DNA from: Candidatus Scalinduaceae bacterium
Lineage (GTDB): Bacteria; Planctomycetota; Brocadiia; Brocadiales; Scalinduaceae
Assembly: GCA_046759445.1 (NCBI GenBank)
Contig: JBHICG010000027.1
Location: 1-40,309, forward strand
DNA: 40,309 nucleotides
Reading direction: 5' to 3'
Shown piece after piece: positions 29,368-37,996 of this stretch (within the stretch, counting starts at the first letter, position 1; every line of letters begins with the position of its first letter). A program made the translations under genes and the position numbers. The notes under the pieces were generated by a model, which worked only from the letters and a program-made list of their open reading frames with translations, had not been told where the DNA came from and ran no database searches.

Positions 29368-30108
29368 TTAAAATTGAAACATTGGGTTTGAATTCTCAAC
29401 TATTTGTTTAATCCTTGCTTTTTCTTCCAGGGGCATATTCTTCCAGCTTGCTAAAGCTTCATCTTGTTTTCCTGATGCATATTGAAGGACTCCGAGCAGA
29501 TAATTATCCTCAACTGTAATGGGAAGATTGTTTTTTCTTAAGAATCGAATGAACTGTTCATAATCAGTTCTGGCCGAATCGAAGTTATCCATGCCTATAT
29601 ATGCTACTGCTCTGTTGTGCTGTAAAAATCCAGATACACTACTTTCTCCTTCAATAGCAAGGGCGGCGCTGAAGTCCTCAACTGCAGGTTTGTATCTACC
29701 CTGCAAGATATAAATCCTGCCCCTGAGGTTCAATGAATGAACGTTCAATGGATATTGCTTGATCGATTTGTTTACGTTTCGAAGTGATTCAGATATATTA
29801 CCCGTCTTAAATTCCAATTCTGCCCTGTAATAATATGCCAGTGGAGAATTTTCGGGATAGACATTAATGGCGTCGCTGAAGGTCTGTTTTGCGTTTGAAT
29901 ATTGCTTTATTCTCCATTGGGCTATACCCTTGTTTAAGAGGGCTTGATAATTATCTGAATGTTTTAAACCTTTGTCATAAAAGATAATTGCTTCCTCATA
30001 CCTTCCATCGTGCATATATTGGTCACCACGAGTAAACGACTTCGTAGAATTACATCCAGCAGCTACAACACATCCAAAAAAAATTATTATAAATAACTGT
30101 TTATACAT
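29368..30108 (-). CDS. TPR-repeat lipoprotein
   Basis: GGAGGA RBS before ATG 30108; lipobox AAGC; TPRs (ALLNKGIA, AYYYRAE, SLNLRGRIY, HNRAVAY). Confidence 0.88.
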   Translation of the reverse strand: MYKQLFIIIFFGCVVAAGCNSTKSFTRGDQYMHDGRYEEAIIFYDKGLKHSDNYQALLNKGIAQWRIKQYSNAKQTFSDAINVYPENSPLAYYYRAELEFKTGNISESLRNVNKSIKQYPLNVHSLNLRGRIYILQGRYKPAVEDFSAALAIEGESSVSGFLQHNRAVAYIGMDNFDSARTDYEQFIRFLRKNNLPITVEDNYLLGVLQYASGKQDEALASWKNMPLEEKARIKQIVENSNPMFQF

Positions 30109-30152
30109 AACTTTTTCCTCCAAATCTAAAAAGTAAATTTATTTTAACTAAT

Positions 30153-30185
30153 CTGTTAATCAAAGAATATTTGTCTAGTGGTGTA
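30153..30185 (-). promoter_or_regulatory. Conserved bipartite motif, copy 3 (TACACCA-N15-TTGATTAAC)
   Basis: Same 15-nt spacer; directly upstream of the TPR-lipoprotein/ExbBD gene run. Confidence 0.65.
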
Positions 30186-30268
30186 AAAAATTATTTTTTT
30201 ATCAAAAATAATTCCTATACAACATTATTCCAGCTCTCACTATTCAGGTAATTCCATGCATAAAATTT

Positions 30269-30679
30269 CTAAGTTTTATGTCTAACTAACTGATTTTGTT
30301 TAGCAGAATCTTCTACATCTGCTTCTGGTGGTAAATGACTTAATACAGTCTCTTGTTCATAGGTTTTAAATTTTACAATTTCCTTTATGCCCCAGTATAT
30401 CTGGAATCCTCCAAATATTGTCCAGAAGCTATTACTTGATTCAAGACCGCCAAGGCCATTGAGAAAACCTATGAGCATGAGTCCCATTCCAAGAATGATG
30501 AACATTATTCTGTGTTTCACTATAAAGCAGAGAATACCAATAATAATCAGCACTATCCCCCACTCTGCCCATAGAAGCGATGATAGGACAAAATGTAATA
30601 TACCCATAATTATCAGCCCAGCACCCCAACTATTTAGGTCTTCTGAAATCACATTCTTTATATCTTTAACTTCAGCCAT
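30269..30679 (-). CDS. Hypothetical 4-TM membrane protein
   Basis: AGGAG RBS; four hydrophobic segments. Confidence 0.75.
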   Translation of the reverse strand: MAEVKDIKNVISEDLNSWGAGLIIMGILHFVLSSLLWAEWGIVLIIIGILCFIVKHRIMFIILGMGLMLIGFLNGLGGLESSNSFWTIFGGFQIYWGIKEIVKFKTYEQETVLSHLPPEADVEDSAKQNQLVRHKT

Positions 30680-30722
30680 AATATTACTCTCCTTCCTTAA
30701 AATTATTCTGTCAGTAGATTAC

Positions 30723-30995
30723 TTAAGCTGTTTTCTCAACAATGATGTCGGTATCTTTAACTTCTGGAATATTAACCACCCTGGGCATTGAAATAAGCAC
30801 TATCTGGGTGATAATCACTATAAAATCTAAGATTACAAATACGCCTGTATTTTCAATAGTTCCTCCTCCTGCTCCTATAACTATTCCTACAAAAAAAGCA
30901 AACCCAGCCCCCACTCCTAACGGCATTAAGGAAAACCATTTCCAGCCTCTATTCCATGCAATAACCGTTAATACTATTTCCGCTATTAGTAACAT
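30723..30995 (-). CDS. Hypothetical small membrane protein
   Basis: GGAGGA RBS; three hydrophobic segments. Confidence 0.7.
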   Translation of the reverse strand: MLLIAEIVLTVIAWNRGWKWFSLMPLGVGAGFAFFVGIVIGAGGGTIENTGVFVILDFIVIITQIVLISMPRVVNIPEVKDTDIIVEKTA

Positions 30996-31041
30996 TTCTT
31001 TTCCTCCTTCTTTTTTAAGATGTTATAAATATTGTTTTTTC

Positions 31042-31230
31042 TCAGTAAACAATTCTTACTGAATTACTATAACGCTTTATAAATTCTGACAGTGTAACTA
31101 CCGCAAGTAAGCTCGTATTTATTGGTAACTTAGATACTTTTTCTGATTCTTCCTCAAAGATTGATAATAAATCCATTAGAGTGAAAGATGATTTGTCCAG
31201 AGTATCCGTATCTTCCGTGTCTTTCTGCAT
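31042..31230 (-). CDS. Small hypothetical protein (62 aa), paralog of 7084-7260
   Basis: AAGGAGG RBS before ATG 31230; FTLMDLLSIFEEE...TLSEFIKRY. Confidence 0.72.
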   Translation of the reverse strand: MQKDTEDTDTLDKSSFTLMDLLSIFEEESEKVSKLPINTSLLAVVTLSEFIKRYSNSVRIVY

Positions 31231-31284
31231 TTGATTTAACCTCCTTTCTTTTCTGGTTAAAGAAAAATTTTTTTTCACCCTATT

Positions 31285-31317
31285 ACTAAAATCAGCGCTA
31301 AATCGAAAGATGGTGTA
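31285..31317 (-). promoter_or_regulatory. Conserved bipartite motif, copy 4 (TACACCA-N15-CTGATTTTAGT)
   Basis: Same spacing; upstream of the 62-aa gene. Confidence 0.6.
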
Positions 31318-31439
31318 AAAAAATTATTATAGTTTTTCGGAATTTCTATGACCTATTGAGATTGAAGTAGTTTTTATGCTTAATTGTGTTATGGCGGGTT
31401 ATGAGCGAAGTGAATGAGATTCTTATTGTATATATTCAG

Positions 31440-31545
31440 TAATTAGTTTCTAGTTGCGGAAAGCTTATAAAAATGTCATTGGCAATTCAGTAACGGCAGA
31501 ATTGCTTATGTGACAATATAGTGTTTCCGCAACAAATACTAATTA
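31440..31545. repeat. Long imperfect inverted repeat
   Basis: Nested arm pairs TAATTAGT/ACTAATTA, GTTGCGGAAA/TTTCCGCAAC, TGTCA/TGACA and GCAATTC/GAATTGC. Confidence 0.65.
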
Positions 31546-31584
31546 GATAACTATTTTGGAAAAACAAATAAAATCATAATGTTT

Positions 31585-31965
31585 TTATTGAAACTTATAA
31601 GTTACCTTTTTTTCTGTTTCTTCTAGTAATCTTTCTTTGGTTAGATAAGATTTCTCAATATATACAAGATTTGGGTCTGTTTTTCTAAGGCACTTATATC
31701 GTCTTTCAGGATAGGCACTGATTACTATTACGGGAATATCTTCAAACTCCGGCATACTTTTTAGGTACAAGAAAAACGTGTCTCCTGTAACCATATCCAA
31801 AAGTATGTCCAGGATTATTAAATCTGGTTTGTCTTCCTTTAACTTCATCATCGCTTCATCTCCATCATAGGCATAAATAATATTATAATTTCTGCCCTCA
31901 AACATTAGCTCATATAAGTCATGAAAGAACTTTTCATCTTCAATTATCATTATTTTTTTGTTCAT
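31585..31965 (-). CDS. Single-domain response regulator (receiver only)
   Basis: GAGGAGG RBS before ATG 31965; IMIIEDE, PDLIILDI, IPVIVISA, YIEK. Confidence 0.9.
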   Translation of the reverse strand: MNKKIMIIEDEKFFHDLYELMFEGRNYNIIYAYDGDEAMMKLKEDKPDLIILDILLDMVTGDTFFLYLKSMPEFEDIPVIVISAYPERRYKCLRKTDPNLVYIEKSYLTKERLLEETEKKVTYKFQ

Positions 31966-32027
31966 ATGTCCTCCTCTCAGTACAAAAGGGAATAGCAATG
32001 TAGATAAAAGTTTGATTGCCTTTTACT

Positions 32028-32060
32028 GCATATATCTATGCTAGACTATAAAATGGTGTA
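32028..32060 (-). promoter_or_regulatory. Weak copy of the bipartite motif (TACACCA-N15-TAGATATAT)
   Basis: The upstream box and T-tract match copies 3 and 4; the downstream box is degenerate. Lies upstream of the receiver gene. Confidence 0.35.
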
Positions 32061-32602
32061 AAAAAAATATTGTTACACATAAATTCTTTTTCAAGAATAC
32101 TATATATAATAGTAACCGGTCTCTTATGATGACTAAAGCTTTTACGTCAATTCGTTTTCTACGCCCTAATATGAATATTTTGAAAAATTATTAACTAGTG
32201 TGGACAAAACTTAGATTGGTACAGATTTTAAGTGCAAACAAAGGTGTTTTGTCTTGGTTGTCTATCGATGAGCTTTTAATTGACAAAGATAGTGATATCC
32301 TGTAACGTAATGAATAATTAACTGTGATGTAAGAGTATGATTTGATTTGCTTTATGAATGATGAATAAGATAGGAAGTTTTTTATTAAAAATTGAAATAG
32401 AAGACTTCGGTTATTAAACTATTCAATTCTGCAAAATGTAGTTTTTGAATGAAAACCTTTTACTTTACGGATTCAACAATAACTAAGTCATAAGTGTTTT
32501 ATTTCAAATTAGCTTATATAATTTCTGAAACATAAATACTATATAATTTGATACAAGATTTGTACATGTTTAACGAATAATTGTGTCGAAAATAAAATAT
32601 TA

Positions 32603-32635
32603 TGCACCAAATTCATTTTTTGTGGTGATTAATAT
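32603..32635 (+). promoter_or_regulatory. Conserved bipartite motif, copy 5 (TGCACCA-N15-GTGATTAATAT)
   Basis: Both boxes identical to copies 1 and 2; upstream of the sigma gene. Confidence 0.7.
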
Positions 32636-32734
32636 AATATTGGAATAAATGTATAGTCTTCTATATGTTGTTTTAAAAAAATATAACGACATCTGCAACA
32701 TTTGGGTAAGTTTTCTAACTTAATTTGTTTTTTC

Positions 32735-32767
32735 TGCACCAGTAGGAAAACTTGTAATGATTATTTA
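32735..32767 (+). promoter_or_regulatory. Conserved bipartite motif, copy 6 (TGCACCA-N15-ATGATTATTTA)
   Basis: Second tandem copy upstream of the sigma gene. Confidence 0.62.
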
Positions 32768-32936
32768 GATATTCGTTAGGATAAAGCTTTTGTATAAAGG
32801 GTTACCAACTTACAATGAATATCAGTGATGTAAACGAATCAATCTAAATATAATAACGGTGGGGCCATATGGTTTGAGAATTTATCTCTCGATAGGCCCT
32901 TACGCCTTTATACACCCTCCACATGATTTTGAGTAA

Positions 32937-33668
32937 TTGCCAAAGGTAACTTCACCCATGCCAGATGAACTGACTAACGAAAAACTTATAGAATTAAAAA
33001 GGATTATTAATGAAGATAGTCCAGATGCTGAAGAGGCAAGAAGGATATTTTGTAACTTTATACGATATAAGGTTGAAAAGATTCTAAACAAGAGATCAAT
33101 TAGATATGGCAAACCTTATAAGTATTATCTTAATAGCTATTTGGATATAGGAATAGGTGTAGCGCTTTTAGCATTGTGTAAAAAATGGAATTCGGAAATC
33201 AATGTGCCATATATGGCTTTTTTCTGGATGTATGTAAAAAATTGGATTAATGATGAAATCAATAAAAATGAAGAAAGATTAATTTCAATTGATCAATCAA
33301 CAAAAGAAAATGATGATGAAGCACGTACATTAGGAGATACTGTCCCGGCTAAAGAATTACCAATAAAATACATTGATTTAGGTATGCGTGTTGCGGAAAT
33401 AATATATGATCAGAAATATAAGAACCAAAAATTTATATGGCTGCTGGCAAAAGGTTATAGTTATAGAGAAATGGAAAGGGAATTTGGTATTAATCGTAGA
33501 ACTTTGACAAGCATGCTGAAAAACGTAATGGAAAGATTGCAAAATGAGATGAGATCGTTCTTTGAGATGAGGAATTTGGATATTGATAATGAGACGGCAA
33601 TAAAGATGTTGAAGTATTTGCATTGCCATAATATTCTAAAAGAAAGGAGTGACAACAATGAAGGCTGA
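32937..33668 (+). CDS. Divergent sigma70-family (ECF/SigH-like) sigma factor
   Basis: Region-2-like ALLALCKKWN...YMAFFWMYVKNWINDEI, linker ISIDQ...TLGDTV, and region-4 HTH GYSYREMEREFGINRRTL. Overlaps a zinc-finger anti-sigma gene. Start may be ATG 32958. Confidence 0.72.
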   Translation: MPKVTSPMPDELTNEKLIELKRIINEDSPDAEEARRIFCNFIRYKVEKILNKRSIRYGKPYKYYLNSYLDIGIGVALLALCKKWNSEINVPYMAFFWMYVKNWINDEINKNEERLISIDQSTKENDDEARTLGDTVPAKELPIKYIDLGMRVAEIIYDQKYKNQKFIWLLAKGYSYREMEREFGINRRTLTSMLKNVMERLQNEMRSFFEMRNLDIDNETAIKMLKYLHCHNILKERSDNNEG

Positions 33669-34467
33669 ACAACATATAGCAATTGACGAACTCATGATAT
33701 ACCTGGAAAATTCTACTGATTCTGAAGAAAACGTGATTATTGAGGAACACTTGGCGGAATGCGATGCGTGTGTGGCTAATCTAAGCTCTCTTGATGCATT
33801 AAAGACAGGATTAAGGAAGTTCGGGGAGCATTCACAGGAGTTAGTAGAAAGTGGTGCATCTACCCACTTAACAGATGAAGAGATTCCCAGTTATGTCAAG
33901 GATATGTGTGATGAGGATAAAAAAAGAATGATAGTGACTCACCTTGCTGGCTGTGAAAAATGCTTCAATGATGTGCTTGCTATAGAGAATGTATTAGAAC
34001 AAATAGAATCTGAAGCAACATTAATTAAAAAAGTTTCTATTATTTCCAAGTTTATAGTAAGTCACCCAACCAGAATTCCTGCAGTAGAAAGAGAGGGAAA
34101 GGAATTAATTCGTGAAGCTGCAAGAAATTGTTTTGCACCGTTTTTATTGGAGAGAGCATTTAGCTTTTCATTCAAAGGGACGGAAAGTACAGAGACCAAA
34201 CTATACAAGAAACCCAGAAAGATGGATATCAAGGGTTTTACGATTGAAATGACCCAAACTCTTACAAAACCACCAAAAGTTATAATAGGGATCATGGCCA
34301 AAGATGATTTTAAACAGGTAAAGGTTACAATAATCTATTTGAAAGAAGGACAAGAAAAAGAACAATCTGAGATGATATCTCTTAGACAAAGAAACGCCGT
34401 AATCCATAAAGAAAATATGACAGTTGATGACATAATCAACATTGAGGTGCGAGGATACAAATCGTAA
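33658..34467 (+). CDS. Soluble anti-sigma-like protein with two zf-HC2 (ZAS-type) motifs
   Basis: AAGGAG RBS before ATG 33658; HIAIDELMIYLE...HLAECDAC and HLTDEEIPSYVK...HLAGCEKC; no TM segment. Confidence 0.8.
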   Translation: MKAEQHIAIDELMIYLENSTDSEENVIIEEHLAECDACVANLSSLDALKTGLRKFGEHSQELVESGASTHLTDEEIPSYVKDMCDEDKKRMIVTHLAGCEKCFNDVLAIENVLEQIESEATLIKKVSIISKFIVSHPTRIPAVEREGKELIREAARNCFAPFLLERAFSFSFKGTESTETKLYKKPRKMDIKGFTIEMTQTLTKPPKVIIGIMAKDDFKQVKVTIIYLKEGQEKEQSEMISLRQRNAVIHKENMTVDDIINIEVRGYKS

Positions 34468-34533
34468 AGAGTTGGTTTTACTAGCAACCCGCAACTATAA
34501 TCTCCTTAAAATGATAAAAAGGAATTAGTAAAC

Positions 34534-34848
34534 ATGGAGTCCACTAATCCACAAATTAATGAATCAGAGGTTGAAATTAAGATTGAGGAGTTAAGAAAGG
34601 AAAGAGAATCTGGCAAATCACATTTTATATGCTACCTCAAGGCATTGGATATCTTTGTTGATCTGTGTAATGGAAATCCTGAAGAAAGTAAGATAGATTC
34701 AAAAATTATTAAATCACTTTCCAGAGAGCTTGCCTTTAACTTGAGAATGGAATTGGAATATTTTGTTAACTCTATCGTAGATGAGAGGGTTAAGGAGAAA
34801 TGGAAAGAACTGATAAAAAAACTTAAGGAGTCTCATTCCCAATGTTGA
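34534..34848 (+). CDS. Small helical hypothetical protein
   Basis: AAGGA RBS; its end overlaps the start of the next gene. Confidence 0.65.
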   Translation: MESTNPQINESEVEIKIEELRKERESGKSHFICYLKALDIFVDLCNGNPEESKIDSKIIKSLSRELAFNLRMELEYFVNSIVDERVKEKWKELIKKLKESHSQC

Positions 34849-35993
34849 TAAACGTAAATACAATAATGGTAAAAGGAACTGATGTCGGGACTAAGGAAAA
34901 CAAACAAAATGGGAAAATTCATTATATTCAACTATCGCTAATCAAGGAAGGTGAGTATGACCTCATTATGCCTAGTCTTGAGGATAGTACTAAAGAAAAG
35001 GAGAGATTAAAAACAGTCATTAACAGGATTCGAGGGTTAAAGAACATAGATCAATTACGCTTCCGTATTGATTTACGCATCGACGAAGATGGAAACCTAG
35101 ATTATCAGGAACAATTGGATGATTTAAAGTCATTAGAGCTTTCTATCGGAATAAGCATTCAGGCGTGTTGTTGTTGGAAAGATATATGGGATAGAATATG
35201 GTCTGAGTGGAGCTTTAGCGGTGTTATTGATGGGCTAAATTGTGAAATCCGCAAAATAGACTCACTCAATGCCAAACTTAATGCTGCCGTATTCAATGAT
35301 GATAATATAAAATACATTATGATCCCATATGATAATAAGCAAGAAACAATAAACTGGGTTAAGGAAGAGGGAATCAGATATGAGGAGGGTTCCAAGACTG
35401 GTATAAAAATTACTGATAATAAAAAAAAACCTCTTCTCCTTAGCAGAGTTTGGTCATTGGCAACCAAAAATACTATTACGAGGATAGCACTGATATTATG
35501 GATATTATCAATAATTTATATCCCGATAAGATACCTTTTCTGGAATGATATCCAGTCGTGGAAGTCAGGTATTCCACAGGTAACCATAAATCTACCCGTT
35601 AACAACCCCAAAAAGGTAAAGGAAAAACTTTTGGGTAAAGGTTTTCCAGAAGACCAACTAAAAGAGATTTCCTTATCATCCTTAACTAAAATGAAACAGG
35701 GTCGCAAGGTATTAATTACAAATAGAGATGGGGCTATTGAGTTTGAAATTACTGATTTACTAGATTGGACGATAATATCCAGTTACATTTGCTGTGGGTA
35801 CGTTATTTTATTTGCCTTTGTACTTGTTATGATTGCATTAAGAAATAATAACAGCGACATTAAAGAAAATCGTGGAGATATAAATTATGATTCCGTAATC
35901 CTGCCGTTAATTAACAAAGAGATTATTTTTGTAGACAATATAAAAAAAGCCGAAACCATTGTAGAATACAAGATCCATCAAACCGTAGGGTAA
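34842..35993 (+). CDS. Membrane-anchored Lon-protease-like (S16 proteolytic fold) protein lacking an AAA+ module
   Basis: LKSLELSIGI...FSGVIDG...EIRKIDSLNAKLNAA...IKYIMIPYDN and C-terminal EIIFVDNIKKA follow the Lon P-domain motif order; two TM helices lie in between. Confidence 0.65.
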   Translation: MLINVNTIMVKGTDVGTKENKQNGKIHYIQLSLIKEGEYDLIMPSLEDSTKEKERLKTVINRIRGLKNIDQLRFRIDLRIDEDGNLDYQEQLDDLKSLELSIGISIQACCCWKDIWDRIWSEWSFSGVIDGLNCEIRKIDSLNAKLNAAVFNDDNIKYIMIPYDNKQETINWVKEEGIRYEEGSKTGIKITDNKKKPLLLSRVWSLATKNTITRIALILWILSIIYIPIRYLFWNDIQSWKSGIPQVTINLPVNNPKKVKEKLLGKGFPEDQLKEISLSSLTKMKQGRKVLITNRDGAIEFEITDLLDWTIISSYICCGYVILFAFVLVMIALRNNNSDIKENRGDINYDSVILPLINKEIIFVDNIKKAETIVEYKIHQTVG

Positions 35994-36060
35994 TTAAAAT
36001 TAAAATCTTGCTTAACTTCTACCAGACCTTAAAATCACTCTCAAGGAGTTTTCATTCTGC

Positions 36061-36205
36061 CACTGACAGATACAGATTATCATGATGAAAATATTATCTA
36101 CGTGCCCGCCTGCCCGCCCGGCAAATCTGTTTGTAGGGAATGACCGTCCAATTCGGCACGCGGGCACGCTTAGTCAGTGAAAATCTGGTGCGCCATGAGG
36201 CGCAC
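36061..36205. repeat. Nested GC-rich palindromic (REP/MITE-like) elements
   Basis: CACTGAC/GTCAGTG encloses CGTGCCCGC/GCGGGCACG; followed by a GTGCGCC-ATGA-GGCGCAC hairpin. Confidence 0.6.
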
Positions 36206-36745
36206 ATATACTATACTGGCTAAATTTAACATGAGAAAGTCCTTACTATTGTAAAACTTGGGACACTTCCCATATTTATTTACTCTTTTAAGTTACTTTA
36301 GAACATTGATTATTTGCATTTATAGATAGAGCTGGTTGTAGTGTTTATAATTCAAATCCATATATAAACGATTATGCCCAGAATGAACCTGTCAACTTTG
36401 ATGTTCCTTATGGGTTACATATGATACAATTTTTATAATAGAAAACATGGAGAAGGAAGGGAAATTTCTCGAAGAAGCTCTTGGTATAATAAAGTTTACT
36501 GAAGAAAGATGGTTTTAGATATTAAAAACCGACTCTAATAATCAAAGAGTCTATTTTTTATGCCTTAACCCTATTTCTTAATTGTGTAAGTACCTTTGCT
36601 CCCTCATATACTAAAACACCAAGTCTAAGTCTGTATATATCTAATCGGAAAACACTGTGAAAAAGATATAAAAGTAATAGTAAAGAAATATAATTTTTAT
36701 GATAGGGATTATAATAATGCAACTTGGGTGCTTCGTGTAAAAGTG

Positions 36746-37954
36746 CTAACTTTTAATAATCTTCGCAAATCTACGTTTACCTACTCTTAGTATCATACCG
36801 GTTTTTACATCTACTTCTTGTTTTGGATCAGTTAATGTATTATCGTCAATACTCACTCCTCCCTGTGTGATTAATCTTCTTGCTTCTCCGTTAGTAGAGG
36901 CGAACCCACTTAATACCAGTAATTTTACTATCCATATCTTATGATTTTCAAGCTCATGAGAAGGAAGCTTGACTTGTGGAATATTATCCGGGAGTTTGTG
37001 CTCTTTAAATATCCTGTCAAATTCCTCCGCTGCTTTTTCGGCTATTTCATTATTATAATAGCGACAGACAACGGCCTTTCCAAGATTAACCTTTGTCTGG
37101 CGTGGATGGTGGTTTAACATATCATCTATTTCTTCCAGGGTTATATCTGTGGCTAGCTCGAAGTACTTACGCATTAGGTTATCGGGTATTGACATTGTTT
37201 TCCCAAAGATTTCTTTTGGTTCTTCGTAAATTCCTATATAGTTGTCAAGACTTTTACTCATTTTTTTATTTCCATCGATTCCCTCGAGTAGGGGGGTAGT
37301 AAGCGCCACTTGTGGTTCCATATTCCTGCCCCTTTGAAGGTCACGGCCGACAAGTAGGCTAAAGATTTGATCTGTACCACCAATTTCTATATCGCTTCTT
37401 ACCATTATTGAATCATATCCCTGCATCAGTGGATAAATGAACTCATGCAGGCTAATGGGGATTCCCGAATTATATCTTTTAGAGAAATCGTCTCTCTCAA
37501 GCATTCTCGCTACTGTCATCTTAGAGGCTAACGTAATTACTTCAGCAAATTGCATATTCTTGAACCACTCACTGTTGTAAAAAATTTCAGTCTTTTCTAG
37601 ATTCAATATCTTTCCTAATTGATTAAGATAGGTCTTGGCATTCTTTGTTATCTCTTCATGAGAAAGTTGTGGTCGTGTCTTATTTACGCCAGAGGGGTCA
37701 CCTACAATTGCAGTGTAGTCTCCAATTATAAGCACAGCGGTATGTCCAAGTTCCTGAAAGTCGTGCAGCTTGTGTATGGGAATGGCATTTCCAATATGTA
37801 TGTCTGGTGCAGTTGGGTCGAGGCCTAGTTTAATACGTAAGGGATTTTTTGTTTTTATAGACTTATCTAGTTTTGCAATGAGTTCTTCTTCACTAACTAT
37901 TTCGACAATACCACGTTTGATTATCTTTAATTGATCTTCGATATTCTTAAACAT
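36746..37954 (-). CDS. tyrS: Tyrosine--tRNA ligase
   Basis: GLDPTAPDIHIGN, YPLMQGYD, GGTDQ, KMSKS, C-terminal S4 domain. Confidence 0.97.
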   Translation of the reverse strand: MFKNIEDQLKIIKRGIVEIVSEEELIAKLDKSIKTKNPLRIKLGLDPTAPDIHIGNAIPIHKLHDFQELGHTAVLIIGDYTAIVGDPSGVNKTRPQLSHEEITKNAKTYLNQLGKILNLEKTEIFYNSEWFKNMQFAEVITLASKMTVARMLERDDFSKRYNSGIPISLHEFIYPLMQGYDSIMVRSDIEIGGTDQIFSLLVGRDLQRGRNMEPQVALTTPLLEGIDGNKKMSKSLDNYIGIYEEPKEIFGKTMSIPDNLMRKYFELATDITLEEIDDMLNHHPRQTKVNLGKAVVCRYYNNEIAEKAAEEFDRIFKEHKLPDNIPQVKLPSHELENHKIWIVKLLVLSGFASTNGEARRLITQGGVSIDDNTLTDPKQEVDVKTGMILRVGKRRFAKIIKS

Positions 37955-37996
37955 ATCAGACTTTTATTCCTAAATCTATTAGTGAAGACAAGAAAA

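Noticed and set aside
37780..37810. HIGN instead of HIGH in TyrRS
   Set aside because: Within the normal variation of the class I signature; the other motifs are intact.
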